A DNA stretch of 55,173 nucleotides, taken from the IMG/VR virus record IMGVR_UViG_3300048837_000354, positions 1-55,173 of that record. One strand, written 5' to 3'. Positions 45,545 to 54,116 of the stretch are shown here, one piece after another. The notes beneath the pieces were generated by a model, which searched no databases, was not told where the DNA came from, and saw nothing but the letters and a program-made list of their open reading frames with translations. The number at the start of each line of letters is the position of its first letter. Within the stretch, counting starts at the first letter, position 1. The stretch is from a virus. Its lineage: Duplodnaviria; Caudoviricetes. The position numbers and the translations under genes were made by a program.

Positions 45545-45823
45545 ATGCCGACGATCCCGCACAACGAAGAGAACAGCGCCAAGATGCGAGCAGTCGCCGA
45601 GTATCTGACCGGCACGTGCCAATCGCTCGACGCCGCGTTGGAGGGAGAGTTCGGCGAAGACGTAAGCCTCACCGACTTCGACACCACGCTGCTGCACGAA
45701 CTCGACGACATGACGATGGTGTGCGAAGACTGCATCTGGTGGTACGAGACTCACGAACTCAACGATGACCAGAAGTGCAGTGATTGCGCGCCTTCCGAAG
45801 ACGACGACGAAAACGAAGACTGA
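45545..45823 (+). CDS. Acidic protein with CxxC pairs
   Basis: CEDC...CSDC; RBS GGAG. Confidence 0.75.
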   Translation: MPTIPHNEENSAKMRAVAEYLTGTCQSLDAALEGEFGEDVSLTDFDTTLLHELDDMTMVCEDCIWWYETHELNDDQKCSDCAPSEDDDENED

Positions 45824-45846
45824 TCAACCCTGACCCGGACACCCGA

Positions 45847-46146
45847 ATGAACAAGACCATTAGCATCGGCGACATCTTCACCGAGCAAGACCTGACCAAG
45901 GCCGCCGAGATCATGGGCGAGGCCGAACTGCACGACGTGGCCCGCCGCATCGACGAGGAAGTCGTGACGCCGGTCCTGCCGCGCATCGACGAAAAGACCG
46001 GCCAGAAGAACCACGCCCGCTACTGGGCGTACGCGCTGATCCACGTGATCACCGAGTACGCCGGGCACATGGAGAAGAGCGACGACCCGAATTACAGCGA
46101 CGGCGTCTTCTCGGTCCACGATCACAGCGACGCCACCCGCCACTGA
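45847..46146 (+). CDS. Hypothetical protein
   Basis: 99 aa, typical codon usage. Confidence 0.7.
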   Translation: MNKTISIGDIFTEQDLTKAAEIMGEAELHDVARRIDEEVVTPVLPRIDEKTGQKNHARYWAYALIHVITEYAGHMEKSDDPNYSDGVFSVHDHSDATRH

Positions 46147-46159
46147 CCCGGAGAACAAC

Positions 46160-47050
46160 ATGAAAGCTGGCATCTACCGCACACCCAACGGCAACCTGAT
46201 CTACGTTGCCAAGGACCGCACCATCAAGGCCAACACGCTGTCCCCGTCGTCGTGGCCCGGCACCAAAGTCAAAACGGAAGCCAACGGCGCACGCGTGGTC
46301 GTAGATGTCGGCGGCAGCGACCACGTGTGTCACCGCGTCGCCGACGTGCCGAACGGCTGCACCGATCCGCAGGCCGCGCTCACCGCCTACCTGGTCGAAG
46401 TGGAGCGGGAGATCGTGGCGATCTTCGGCGAGGGAGAAGACACGCCCGAGACGCTGGCCTTGCGAGACAAGATCGAGAAGATCAAGCGTGCGGAAGACCC
46501 CGACAAGCCGCGCATCTCCGGTTGCGCGGCGCAACTCCTGCTGCAAGAGGGAAAGGCCGAAGAGATGATCGAAGCGATCCACGCCAACCTGATCGCCCGA
46601 GGCGCGGTCCACGTGGCGCACGGCGAATACATGCTGCCGAAGGGTGCCGGCAAGTCGGGCTTCGCGACCGGCGGCCCCGTTGGCATCAAGGACAACGAAG
46701 TGCCGGCGATCCTGTCGCGCGGCCAGTGCATCCCGGCCACCGACCGCACCGAAGAGAAGACGGCCCGCCTCTCGGCCGGCGCGGAGTCGGGCGTCCCCGA
46801 GGCGTGGCGCAACGTCAAGAACGCAGACCAGTACAAGGACCTGCAGTTCGAGATGGAACGCGTCGCGATGCAGGCCAGGGGTTTTCGCCTCTGCCACGCC
46901 AAGAGCGCCCGCAAGCACAAGAAGAACGGCGACGACGTTCGCCCGTCTGGGCACAAGCCGGGTGCGTATTACTGGCGGGCGAAGCCGACGCAGCGCACCG
47001 TGCTCGTCAAACACCGCTTCGGAACGTCCGAACTTCCCGAAGCGATCTGA
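46160..47050 (+). CDS. Hypothetical protein containing a tape-measure-like FATGG motif
   Basis: 296 aa, RBS CTGACCCGGAG. Confidence 0.8.
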   Translation: MKAGIYRTPNGNLIYVAKDRTIKANTLSPSSWPGTKVKTEANGARVVVDVGGSDHVCHRVADVPNGCTDPQAALTAYLVEVEREIVAIFGEGEDTPETLALRDKIEKIKRAEDPDKPRISGCAAQLLLQEGKAEEMIEAIHANLIARGAVHVAHGEYMLPKGAGKSGFATGGPVGIKDNEVPAILSRGQCIPATDRTEEKTARLSAGAESGVPEAWRNVKNADQYKDLQFEMERVAMQARGFRLCHAKSARKHKKNGDDVRPSGHKPGAYYWRAKPTQRTVLVKHRFGTSELPEAI

Positions 47051-47073
47051 TCCACCACCCAAGGAGAATCACC

Positions 47074-47301
47074 ATGCCTCAGCAGTACAGCTTTGAAGTG
47101 TTCCTCGGTAAGCCGAAGAAGGGCCAGCGCACGCAGACCTACTTCCGCATCCGTCACCCCAACGGCCAGGTCGTCGCGCAGAGCGAGGGCTACAACAACA
47201 CGAACGACGCCTGCGACACCATCACCGGGATCGTCAAGAACATCGGCACCGCGAAGATCGTGCTGATGGGCGAACTGGGTAAGCAGAAGGAGGACGCGTA
47301 A
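47074..47301 (+). CDS. YegP/DUF1508-like protein
   Basis: FRIRHPNGQVVAQSEGY motif; RBS AAGGAG. Confidence 0.75.
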   Translation: MPQQYSFEVFLGKPKKGQRTQTYFRIRHPNGQVVAQSEGYNNTNDACDTITGIVKNIGTAKIVLMGELGKQKEDA

Positions 47302-47536
47302 ATGAACTGGGCGCGAGCGGTCCTGCACGCGGTCGGCCGGATGCTGCTGGGCCTACTGGTGCCCCTCGCTACCCTTTCTCTCCTGGGCGCGGCGCTTTGG
47401 TTGGTTGGTCTTCGCCGCGCCTTTACTCGCGATAGTCGCGGTCGCGTTGGGCTTCGTGATCCAAGAAGCCCGCGAGATAAAACAGCGCCTTGACCAGAAA
47501 TCCCAACGAAACCGTTACCCGGAGAAACCACTATGA
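47302..47536 (+). pseudogene. Membrane protein gene apparently frameshifted at (TTGG)3
   Basis: Removing one TTGG gives a continuous hydrophobic ORF ending in an ATGA overlap with the next gene. Confidence 0.55.
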
Positions 47537-47721
47537 ACTGGCCCGTTCTCAACGGCATAGGCATCTCGCCCACGGGCGACGGCCTGGAAGCTGCAGAAGC
47601 CGCCGCCCGCGCCTTCTGGCAAAGCCGCGCTACGATCAACGGCATCGCACCGCCGCTGCCCGACCTCGTCGATGTCCCTGCCTTGGCGCGTGAAGTGCGC
47701 GCCACCTGGAGCGTCGCATGA
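47533..47721 (+). CDS. Hypothetical protein
   Basis: RBS GGAG. Confidence 0.65.
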   Translation: MNWPVLNGIGISPTGDGLEAAEAAARAFWQSRATINGIAPPLPDLVDVPALAREVRATWSVA

Positions 47722-47903
47722 TCACGGCTACGGCTATCATCTGCATCATCGTCGGCCTGCTGATGTCCCTGGTCGCGCTGGTAATCGACGAAGGCAATAA
47801 TGGAGCCTACGCGGCGGCGGCGACTGGCGTGCTGTTGTTCTTCGCCGGTTGGGGCGCGCTGTTCCTACTGTTCCTGCGGTGGATCGTGGGGTGGGCACCA
47901 TGA
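47718..47903 (+). CDS. Small membrane protein
   Basis: Two TM segments; ATGA overlap. Confidence 0.65.
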   Translation: MITATAIICIIVGLLMSLVALVIDEGNNGAYAAAATGVLLFFAGWGALFLLFLRWIVGWAP

Positions 47904-48100
47904 AACCCTGGACGCCCGTGCAACTGGCAGAGTTCGACAAGCTGACGAAAGCGGCTAGCGCGCCAGGGGTGCAGCTTGGCTACGCTCGAAACCTCGCGCG
48001 GATACAACTCAACGCGTTCGAGAAGGAACACGGCACGGAGTTGTGCCAGGCGATGTTTGACTACCTGAAAGAGCGCGACAAGAAGAGAGGCCGCAGATGA
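47900..48100 (+). CDS. Hypothetical protein
   Basis: ATGA overlap. Confidence 0.65.
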   Translation: MKPWTPVQLAEFDKLTKAASAPGVQLGYARNLARIQLNAFEKEHGTELCQAMFDYLKERDKKRGRR

Positions 48101-48420
48101 CCAGCCAATCGCCTTACCGAGCGCCACGCCGCGAGTCACCGGCCAAGCTGCAGCCGGGCGACGTGGTCGATGTGACCCTCTCTCCTAGCGGGCAGACGCA
48201 CCGGCGCAAGTACCGCGTTTTCGCGCACATGACCGTGCTCTCGGTCGACGGCGACACGGTAACAGCGAGCGGCAAGGGTGTCGGCTCTGCACGCTTCACG
48301 TGGGGCCCTAACCCTTGGTCCTGCTCCCTCGTCGACTTCGGCTACCAAGGGCGCAGCCTCGACGGACGGTATATGTTCTGGTTCCATTCTCGGCCTGTCG
48401 ACGCCGCCGCAACTCCGTGA
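48097..48420 (+). CDS. Hypothetical protein
   Basis: ATGA overlap, RBS GAGG. Confidence 0.65.
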   Translation: MTSQSPYRAPRRESPAKLQPGDVVDVTLSPSGQTHRRKYRVFAHMTVLSVDGDTVTASGKGVGSARFTWGPNPWSCSLVDFGYQGRSLDGRYMFWFHSRPVDAAATP

Positions 48421-48459
48421 TATAAGTCTTCTCACCCCACCGCAACCCGAGGTAACCGC

Positions 48460-49065
48460 ATGCGCATCGTTGATCGAAAGGAAGTCGGAGCCGCCCTTGA
48501 GGCGTTCTGCGACAAGTTCGAGACCTACAAGGAGGCCGCGAAGAAGCTGGGCATCACCCTGTCCCAGTTGTCGGCCGCCCGCAACAAGCCAAAGTCGGTG
48601 GTGCCGGCGAAGGCGCTCAAGAAGCTGGGCTTCGAGTTCAAGGCCGTGTACCTCGCCAAGGACCTCCCGCCGGCCAAGAAACACGTACCGAGCGCGATCA
48701 CCCGCGCACTGGTAGCCGCTTCAAAGGCTAAGCCGAGGAAGGCCAAAGGCCCCACGGCGCGTCACGGGCCAAACGCAGACGACGCAGTGCGCGATGCCCT
48801 CAAGGCTGCGAAGCCTCGTGTTCGCAAGCCGAAACCCGCGCCGCCGATGCGCGACATCGCAGGCGGCATGACTCGCGATCCGTACCTCGAAGGCATCGAC
48901 AACCGCAACGCCGTCGACAACTCGGTGATCGAGTCCGTGGTCGACGTGTCGGTCGATTCGCCTGACATGGCCGATCTGCGCGACAACCTGTACGCCGACA
49001 ACGAGCCCGAGAACCCGGACATCTACATCCCCGATGACAACGGCGACAACATCACCATCAACTGA
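48460..49065 (+). CDS. HTH-like protein with basic middle and acidic tail
   Basis: YKEAAKKLGITLSQLSAARN; RBS GAGGT. Confidence 0.75.
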   Translation: MRIVDRKEVGAALEAFCDKFETYKEAAKKLGITLSQLSAARNKPKSVVPAKALKKLGFEFKAVYLAKDLPPAKKHVPSAITRALVAASKAKPRKAKGPTARHGPNADDAVRDALKAAKPRVRKPKPAPPMRDIAGGMTRDPYLEGIDNRNAVDNSVIESVVDVSVDSPDMADLRDNLYADNEPENPDIYIPDDNGDNITIN

Positions 49066-49077
49066 CCGGAGCAACCC

Positions 49078-49296
49078 ATGCACTTGAACAGAGGTCTACT
49101 CGCTGCTGCGCTGACGATGGTTATCGGCGCGACGGCAGGAGTCAACGAGCCCGTCGAAGAGCGTCGGCGCAGTTCGTTCCCCCGCTACACCGGACGCACC
49201 AAGGGCCTGACGCCCGAACAGGTGAAGGCCAAGCGCGCGAACCGCAAGAAGAACAAGGCCGCCGGCAAGTCCCGCGTCAAGAACAAGGGGCGCTGA
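49078..49296 (+). CDS. Small basic protein
   Basis: RBS CTGACCGGAG; Lys/Arg-rich C-terminus. Confidence 0.7.
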   Translation: MHLNRGLLAAALTMVIGATAGVNEPVEERRRSSFPRYTGRTKGLTPEQVKAKRANRKKNKAAGKSRVKNKGR

Positions 49297-49297
49297 C

Positions 49298-49786
49298 ATG
49301 GCCGACAACTACCAGGCCCGCAAGGTGAAGGTCTCGATCCCGTCGAACATCATCCAAGAGATCGAGTATCGCGGCTACCGCATCATCCAGACCGACGACA
49401 AGGACTGGGTTGCCAGCGGCCAGGACGCCTACGGCTTCACCAACACGCGGGTCTTCGTGATCTTCGACGAGTTCGACGAGCCCGCGATGCCGGTCGGCAT
49501 GATGGCGCACTGGACCGTCCACGAGGCCATCGCGGCTATCGAGATGAAAGACACCGTGCTGCCGGTGATCACCGCCGGCAAGTGGGCGACTTCGGCGCTG
49601 TACGAGTTCAACCTGATGCGTGCCCGGCGACGCCACGCTTGGAAGACCCACGCGTCTCTGGCCACGATCAAGAAGCTCTGCACCGACGCCCAGGCTTTCG
49701 ACGACAACCCGACCGCCGACATCCTCGCTGAACTCGACAACCTTTCTTCCTTCTTCAACGTGCAAGCCACCCAAGCACACACCTGA
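49298..49786 (+). CDS. Hypothetical protein
   Basis: 162 aa, typical codon usage. Confidence 0.75.
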   Translation: MADNYQARKVKVSIPSNIIQEIEYRGYRIIQTDDKDWVASGQDAYGFTNTRVFVIFDEFDEPAMPVGMMAHWTVHEAIAAIEMKDTVLPVITAGKWATSALYEFNLMRARRRHAWKTHASLATIKKLCTDAQAFDDNPTADILAELDNLSSFFNVQATQAHT

Positions 49787-49802
49787 CCCTCGGAGAACAC
49801 CA

Positions 49803-50471
49803 ATGATCGCTTTCTTCAAGAACCTCGACTTCGGCCCGCGCATCCTCCTGCTGCTCGCCTCCACCATCGTCATCAACTTCTTCGGCCTGGGATTCGCCAC
49901 GCGCGAACTGCCGTGGGCGAACCAGCACGTCGTGATCTTCCTGCTCCTGCACACCCTGTTCGTCGGCGTCGCCGTGTTCGTCGGCGTCCGCATTACCACG
50001 GAACACGCTCTGTCGATCATCAAGGAAGTGCGCGACGCCTACGCTTTGCCTCCGGTCGGCGGCAACACGCGCCCGGCCTCGTCGCAGGAAGAACTGCTGC
50101 AGCAGGGGAGCGAACTGCTCAAGCAAGACGCCCAGGAGTGGCGCGAAGGCCAGGGGCTTCCGCTGTCGGGCCTGCCGCACCGTCTGCCCGATGCCGACTC
50201 CGAAGAGGCGATGCCGGAGCCCGCGATGTTCGTCGCTGATGATCCGGACCACGAAGGCCCCGGCGAAGAGGATGGCCCGTGGGCCGAAGGTTACGACGAG
50301 CGCCGCGACGGCACGCACGACGGCGAGGACTTCGGTTTGCTTGACACTTACGCCCCCGTCACTGGCATCGTGATCGACGCCGCTGACAAGGCCATCGACC
50401 CGTCGACCGCCGACGGCCCGTTCGCCTCGGGCACCACGGAAGAAGGCCGCTTCGGCACGAGGACCTGGTGA
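49803..50471 (+). CDS. Membrane protein with acidic C-terminal tail
   Basis: Two TM segments; RBS GGAG. Confidence 0.75.
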   Translation: MIAFFKNLDFGPRILLLLASTIVINFFGLGFATRELPWANQHVVIFLLLHTLFVGVAVFVGVRITTEHALSIIKEVRDAYALPPVGGNTRPASSQEELLQQGSELLKQDAQEWREGQGLPLSGLPHRLPDADSEEAMPEPAMFVADDPDHEGPGEEDGPWAEGYDERRDGTHDGEDFGLLDTYAPVTGIVIDAADKAIDPSTADGPFASGTTEEGRFGTRTW

Positions 50472-51496
50472 TGTCCGCCACGGGTGATACGAAGGAACAG
50501 GGGTTGCCGGAGTTGCCGCAGAACGTGACTGAAGATCAGCGCCGTGCCATCCAGGCGTTTGTTCACAGCGCGATAGTCCCGCTGATCGAGGATGTGATCG
50601 TCAAGAAGCTTGGGCAGGCAGCGATAGTCCTGCGCGATGAGTTGGCTGGCGGGCAAGCTGCGGACAAGCCGCGTGACCGCGAAGCCGACCGGGCGCGATT
50701 CCCTGACGCCGACTTCAACCGCTGGCTGGACGAAGGCATCAGCGATTGCGGGCATATTGTCTGGCACACCGTTGGCGATGTTGCGGACGCATGGGCGGCC
50801 TGGGACTCGCGCCCGCACTACGCCCTCGCCGCCCTCGCCTCCGATACGGGCGGGCGTGGGGTGGTTGGTGGTTGGGCGGAAGCCGGCCGAGAACTTTATG
50901 AAGCGGAGATTGAACACGACGAGGCCGACCGCGAGCGCGATAAGCGTTCCAGCCTACTCGCGCAAAAGTGGACCAATCCGGGCTATGCAAAGACCGAAGC
51001 GGAGCGCGAATCAATCGAGGCGGCCAACAAGGCGCTGCATGAAGCTGCCGGCGTGGCTAGCGGCAGGCACAACAAGGCCGCGTATCGTCGGGCCATTGCT
51101 CGCGAACGTTGCGCCGCCCTCCGCGCCCAGCCTGCGGGCGGTAAGAGTTGCGGGACATGCGGCGCACCCGTTGGTGAGCGTGGTGAGTACGCCGTGCAGA
51201 GCGAAAAAGCATGGGCCGAGGGCTATAGGTCCGGAGTAGACGACGAACGCATGAGTGAAGCGAATATCGGGATCGCTGGATTTGACGCCAAAGTCGAGCC
51301 TGCGCGAGTCAACCCGTACCGTCGCACCCCGCCCGAGTCCGGCGGGCAGGGGGATGCGGTGGCTACGGTGTGCCTGCGTGGCGACACCTACGGCAGCGGA
51401 AACTTCATGGAGTTGCAGGTACAGGTGAAGCCGGGAACCAGCCTGCCCATCGGCACCAAGCTCTACACCCACCCCCGCCCAAGGAGCAGACCGTGA
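50468..51496 (+). CDS. Mosaic hypothetical protein (Ea22-like patchwork type)
   Basis: 342 aa, atypical codon usage, short modules such as ALRAQP and LPIGTKLYTHP. Confidence 0.7.
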   Translation: MMSATGDTKEQGLPELPQNVTEDQRRAIQAFVHSAIVPLIEDVIVKKLGQAAIVLRDELAGGQAADKPRDREADRARFPDADFNRWLDEGISDCGHIVWHTVGDVADAWAAWDSRPHYALAALASDTGGRGVVGGWAEAGRELYEAEIEHDEADRERDKRSSLLAQKWTNPGYAKTEAERESIEAANKALHEAAGVASGRHNKAAYRRAIARERCAALRAQPAGGKSCGTCGAPVGERGEYAVQSEKAWAEGYRSGVDDERMSEANIGIAGFDAKVEPARVNPYRRTPPESGGQGDAVATVCLRGDTYGSGNFMELQVQVKPGTSLPIGTKLYTHPRPRSRP

Positions 51497-51774
51497 CCGA
51501 TAAGCCGCTCAGCGCCGCCAAGGCCCGTAGCCTCACGTGCGGCCGTAAGCCCGTCAGCGACCGCAGCCCGCCTAAGAAGTACACGCTGACGATGGACGGC
51601 GTTATCGTCCTCAAGGACGCTACGCTGGGCCAGATCAAGGTGTTCTTGCCCAACACGGCGGAGCATCTGCTCACGAAGCGTCTGGCCGCAGGGGAACGGG
51701 ACGTGCGACGCCTCGCCCGGAAGCCGGACAAGAAGGGCGGCCAGAACAGGCCCGGACCCCCGTTCAAGAAGTAG
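51493..51774 (+). CDS. Hypothetical basic protein
   Basis: RBS AAGGAG, GTGA overlap. Confidence 0.7.
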   Translation: MTDKPLSAAKARSLTCGRKPVSDRSPPKKYTLTMDGVIVLKDATLGQIKVFLPNTAEHLLTKRLAAGERDVRRLARKPDKKGGQNRPGPPFKK

Positions 51775-51803
51775 TTGCGGCCACGTCGCAAACCGTGTAA
51801 CGT
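51775..51803 (+). promoter_or_regulatory. Candidate promoter
   Basis: TTGCGG-N17-TAACGT; shares ACGTCGCAAAC with the 44361 promoter. Confidence 0.45.
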
Positions 51804-51825
51804 CATTTCCGTCAGGGAGAGAACC

Positions 51826-52014
51826 GTGGAAAAGTGTGGACTCAAGCAGCGCAAAGACGACACCCCCAAGAAGAAGGGGGAAAAAGTCTGGGCCTGCGAC
51901 GTGTGTGGCTCCTTGGTATTCAACCCGACCAAGCCCGTTTGTTCGCGCGTCCGCTGGGAAGAAGCACAAGCCCAGGTGGACGTTGACCTGATCCTTCACC
52001 CGAGGAATCCGTGA
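51826..52014 (+). CDS. Small Cys-containing protein
   Basis: RBS GGGAG; CDVC. Confidence 0.6.
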   Translation: MEKCGLKQRKDDTPKKKGEKVWACDVCGSLVFNPTKPVCSRVRWEEAQAQVDVDLILHPRNP

Positions 52015-52130
52015 TGGAAATCCGCCCCAACCTGCTGACCGCGTCGATCCAAGTTGCACTCCACATGCAGTACGACTACTTCGTCGCCTGCGTCAATGCC
52101 TCTCTCGCCAAGAAGGAAGCCAAGCCGTGA
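52014..52130 (+). CDS. 38-aa hypothetical protein
   Basis: RBS GAGGA, overlaps both neighbours. Confidence 0.5.
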   Translation: MEIRPNLLTASIQVALHMQYDYFVACVNASLAKKEAKP

Positions 52131-52780
52131 ACCCGAACAGCCCCGTGAAGGCCGTCTCCTACAACCAACTGCTGCGCAAGGCCGGCGAAGCCGTCGAGCG
52201 TTTCGGACATGCGCACGTCGCGGCTGACGCACGCGCTTTCCCGTCGGCGTGCCGCGCCCATTCGTCTTCGGCGTTGTCGAGCCTTCTCTACATGCTGAGC
52301 GCCGAAGAACGCCTGGACCTGTACCACAAGTGGCAGCTTGATCTCGATCACGCCCGCGAGAAGGCGCGCGCCGTTGCCGGCAAGCCGCCCTCGAACAATC
52401 CGAAGATCGCGGCCGTCCGTGCAGCGCCCCGCTACTACAAGAAGTGCCCGATTAACCTGTCGCCGCCCTCTGCCCCGCGTCCGATGAAGAACCGCATCTT
52501 CCGCTTCACCGACATCGCCGGCCAGTTGCAGACGGCCGGCTATCGGTCTCGCGTGCGTCTCGACGATGGCACGGTCGCCGTGGTCGCTTCGTTCGAGAAG
52601 GATGACAACGGCCTCACGCGCATGGTGCTGGTGTGCGAGGACGGCACCACGCTGATCCTGACGCCGCACACCGGGTTCCCCTTCACCGATCTGCTCGACA
52701 TCTACGTCGACCGCGTGGAGCCGAAGCCGCGCCACGCGTCCCCGCAGACGTGGACCGCCCCCCTCAACTACGGGAACTGA
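52127..52780 (+). CDS. Hypothetical protein
   Basis: 217 aa, RBS AAGGA. Confidence 0.75.
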   Translation: MNPNSPVKAVSYNQLLRKAGEAVERFGHAHVAADARAFPSACRAHSSSALSSLLYMLSAEERLDLYHKWQLDLDHAREKARAVAGKPPSNNPKIAAVRAAPRYYKKCPINLSPPSAPRPMKNRIFRFTDIAGQLQTAGYRSRVRLDDGTVAVVASFEKDDNGLTRMVLVCEDGTTLILTPHTGFPFTDLLDIYVDRVEPKPRHASPQTWTAPLNYGN

Positions 52781-52781
52781 C

Positions 52782-52943
52782 ATGTTCCTATACCTTGCTT
52801 CTTTCCTCGGCGTGCTGATCGGTATTCTGTTCGGCACGTTCCTCGACTGGCTGATGGGGCCGTGGTCGGTCCCGTTCCTGATCCTGCTCACCCTTTACCT
52901 CGTCGACCTCCGTCGACGCCAAAACAACCCGAAGAGAGACTGA
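52782..52943 (+). CDS. Small two-TM membrane protein (not in the ORF track)
   Basis: MFLYLASFLGVLIGILFG...; fills the gap exactly. Confidence 0.6.
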   Translation: MFLYLASFLGVLIGILFGTFLDWLMGPWSVPFLILLTLYLVDLRRRQNNPKRD

Positions 52944-52944
52944 C

Positions 52945-53511
52945 ATGCTCACCCAACTCTACAACGAATACTCCGACTTCACCGACACCGTCGCCCGCTA
53001 CCCGACGCAGTACGAACTCCCCTACGTCGCGCTGGGCCTGGTCGACGAAGCCGCTGACGAACTGCAGCGCGCGTTCGACGCGATGGACAACGAGGCGTTG
53101 TTCCTCGAACTGGGTGACGCGCAGTGGTACGCCTGCCGCCTGTGCAAAGTCTACGGCTTCAAGTTCAACGACATCGTGTGCGAAGCCAAGGTCGCCTACT
53201 GCCCGTCGCAGAACCGCAGCCTGGGTATCGAAGTCCGGGCCGTCGGCATTACCGCCGCCGGCATCGCGGGCCGCGTCAAGAAAGACCTCCGTGACTCGCA
53301 CGCCTGGGCCATCGAGCAGCGGTTGGCCTTCAACAAGAACATGCGCGAGCGCCTGGTGACCTTCGTCGTCCAGAGCTACCACGTGCTCGACTCCATCTGG
53401 CACGGCAACGTGCTGATCGGCAACTACGACTCGTGCCTGCGCAAGAACGTCGAGAAGCTGGGCGGCCGGCTGGCGCGCGGTACGCTGCACGGCGATGGGG
53501 ACGAGCGATGA
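52945..53511 (+). CDS. MazG-like nucleotide pyrophosphohydrolase
   Basis: LGLVDEAADE...ELGDAQWY and NVEKL..R..RGTLHGDGDER motifs. Confidence 0.8.
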   Translation: MLTQLYNEYSDFTDTVARYPTQYELPYVALGLVDEAADELQRAFDAMDNEALFLELGDAQWYACRLCKVYGFKFNDIVCEAKVAYCPSQNRSLGIEVRAVGITAAGIAGRVKKDLRDSHAWAIEQRLAFNKNMRERLVTFVVQSYHVLDSIWHGNVLIGNYDSCLRKNVEKLGGRLARGTLHGDGDER

Positions 53512-53753
53512 AAACCTACACCCGCAACATCTTCCGCGACCCCGACATCGGCGACACGATCCTCACGCACGACGGCGTCCTGCGGGTGGTCCGCGTGCAG
53601 CACATACCGGGCACCGAGTCGCGCGTCCACGTACGCGTAGGCGACGACACGACGCACGTTCGTACGATGTTCTTGCACACATGGCGCGAGTACGACGGCG
53701 CGTGCGAGGTCATCGTTGACGGCGGCAAGCGAGAAGGGTTCACCGCCGGCTGA
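53508..53753 (+). CDS. Hypothetical protein
   Basis: ATGA overlap. Confidence 0.65.
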   Translation: MKTYTRNIFRDPDIGDTILTHDGVLRVVRVQHIPGTESRVHVRVGDDTTHVRTMFLHTWREYDGACEVIVDGGKREGFTAG

Positions 53754-53770
53754 TTTACGGTCAAGAGCGC

Positions 53771-53804
53771 AAAAGAAAACCCCCGGATCGCTCCGGGGGT
53801 TTTT
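53771..53804. terminator. Bidirectional terminator between convergent operons
   Basis: AAAACCCCCGGA-TCGC-TCCGGGGGTTTT with A/T runs on both sides. Confidence 0.85.
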
Positions 53805-53876
53805 GCGTAACGGCTCGTCGTCTGGGGAGAAGGTTGGTCCGTCGCGAGATCAGACTAACGCAAGGCTACGCCAACG

Positions 53877-54116
53877 TCAACTCGCCTCCCAGGCCGACCC
53901 TGTCCAGTGTTTCAAGGGCTTCGCCAGCCACGCGGAGCCATTCCACCACTTCAAGAACTTGGCGACCCAATTACTGCCGTCCCAGAACTTGAGTCTGCCA
54001 GCGGGATTTTCCGAACCGAAGAACTCGGCCGTAAGCAACACGCCGCCCGCTTCCGAGTCCCACGCGTCTGAGCCGCCTCGCGGGTTACGTTCCAGATCAG
54101 ACAGGCGATCAGCCAT
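53877..54116 (-). CDS. Small protein with three Trp-rich KxWxGSxW repeats
   Basis: LKFWDGSNW / LKWWNGSAW / LKHWTGSAW. Confidence 0.75.
   Translation of the reverse strand: MADRLSDLERNPRGGSDAWDSEAGGVLLTAEFFGSENPAGRLKFWDGSNWVAKFLKWWNGSAWLAKPLKHWTGSAWEAS

Noticed and set aside
46252-47073. Upstream extension of the 349-aa ORF 46252..47301
   Set aside because: Arg-rich off-frame overlap with 46160..47050. The real gene starts at 47074 after AAGGAG.
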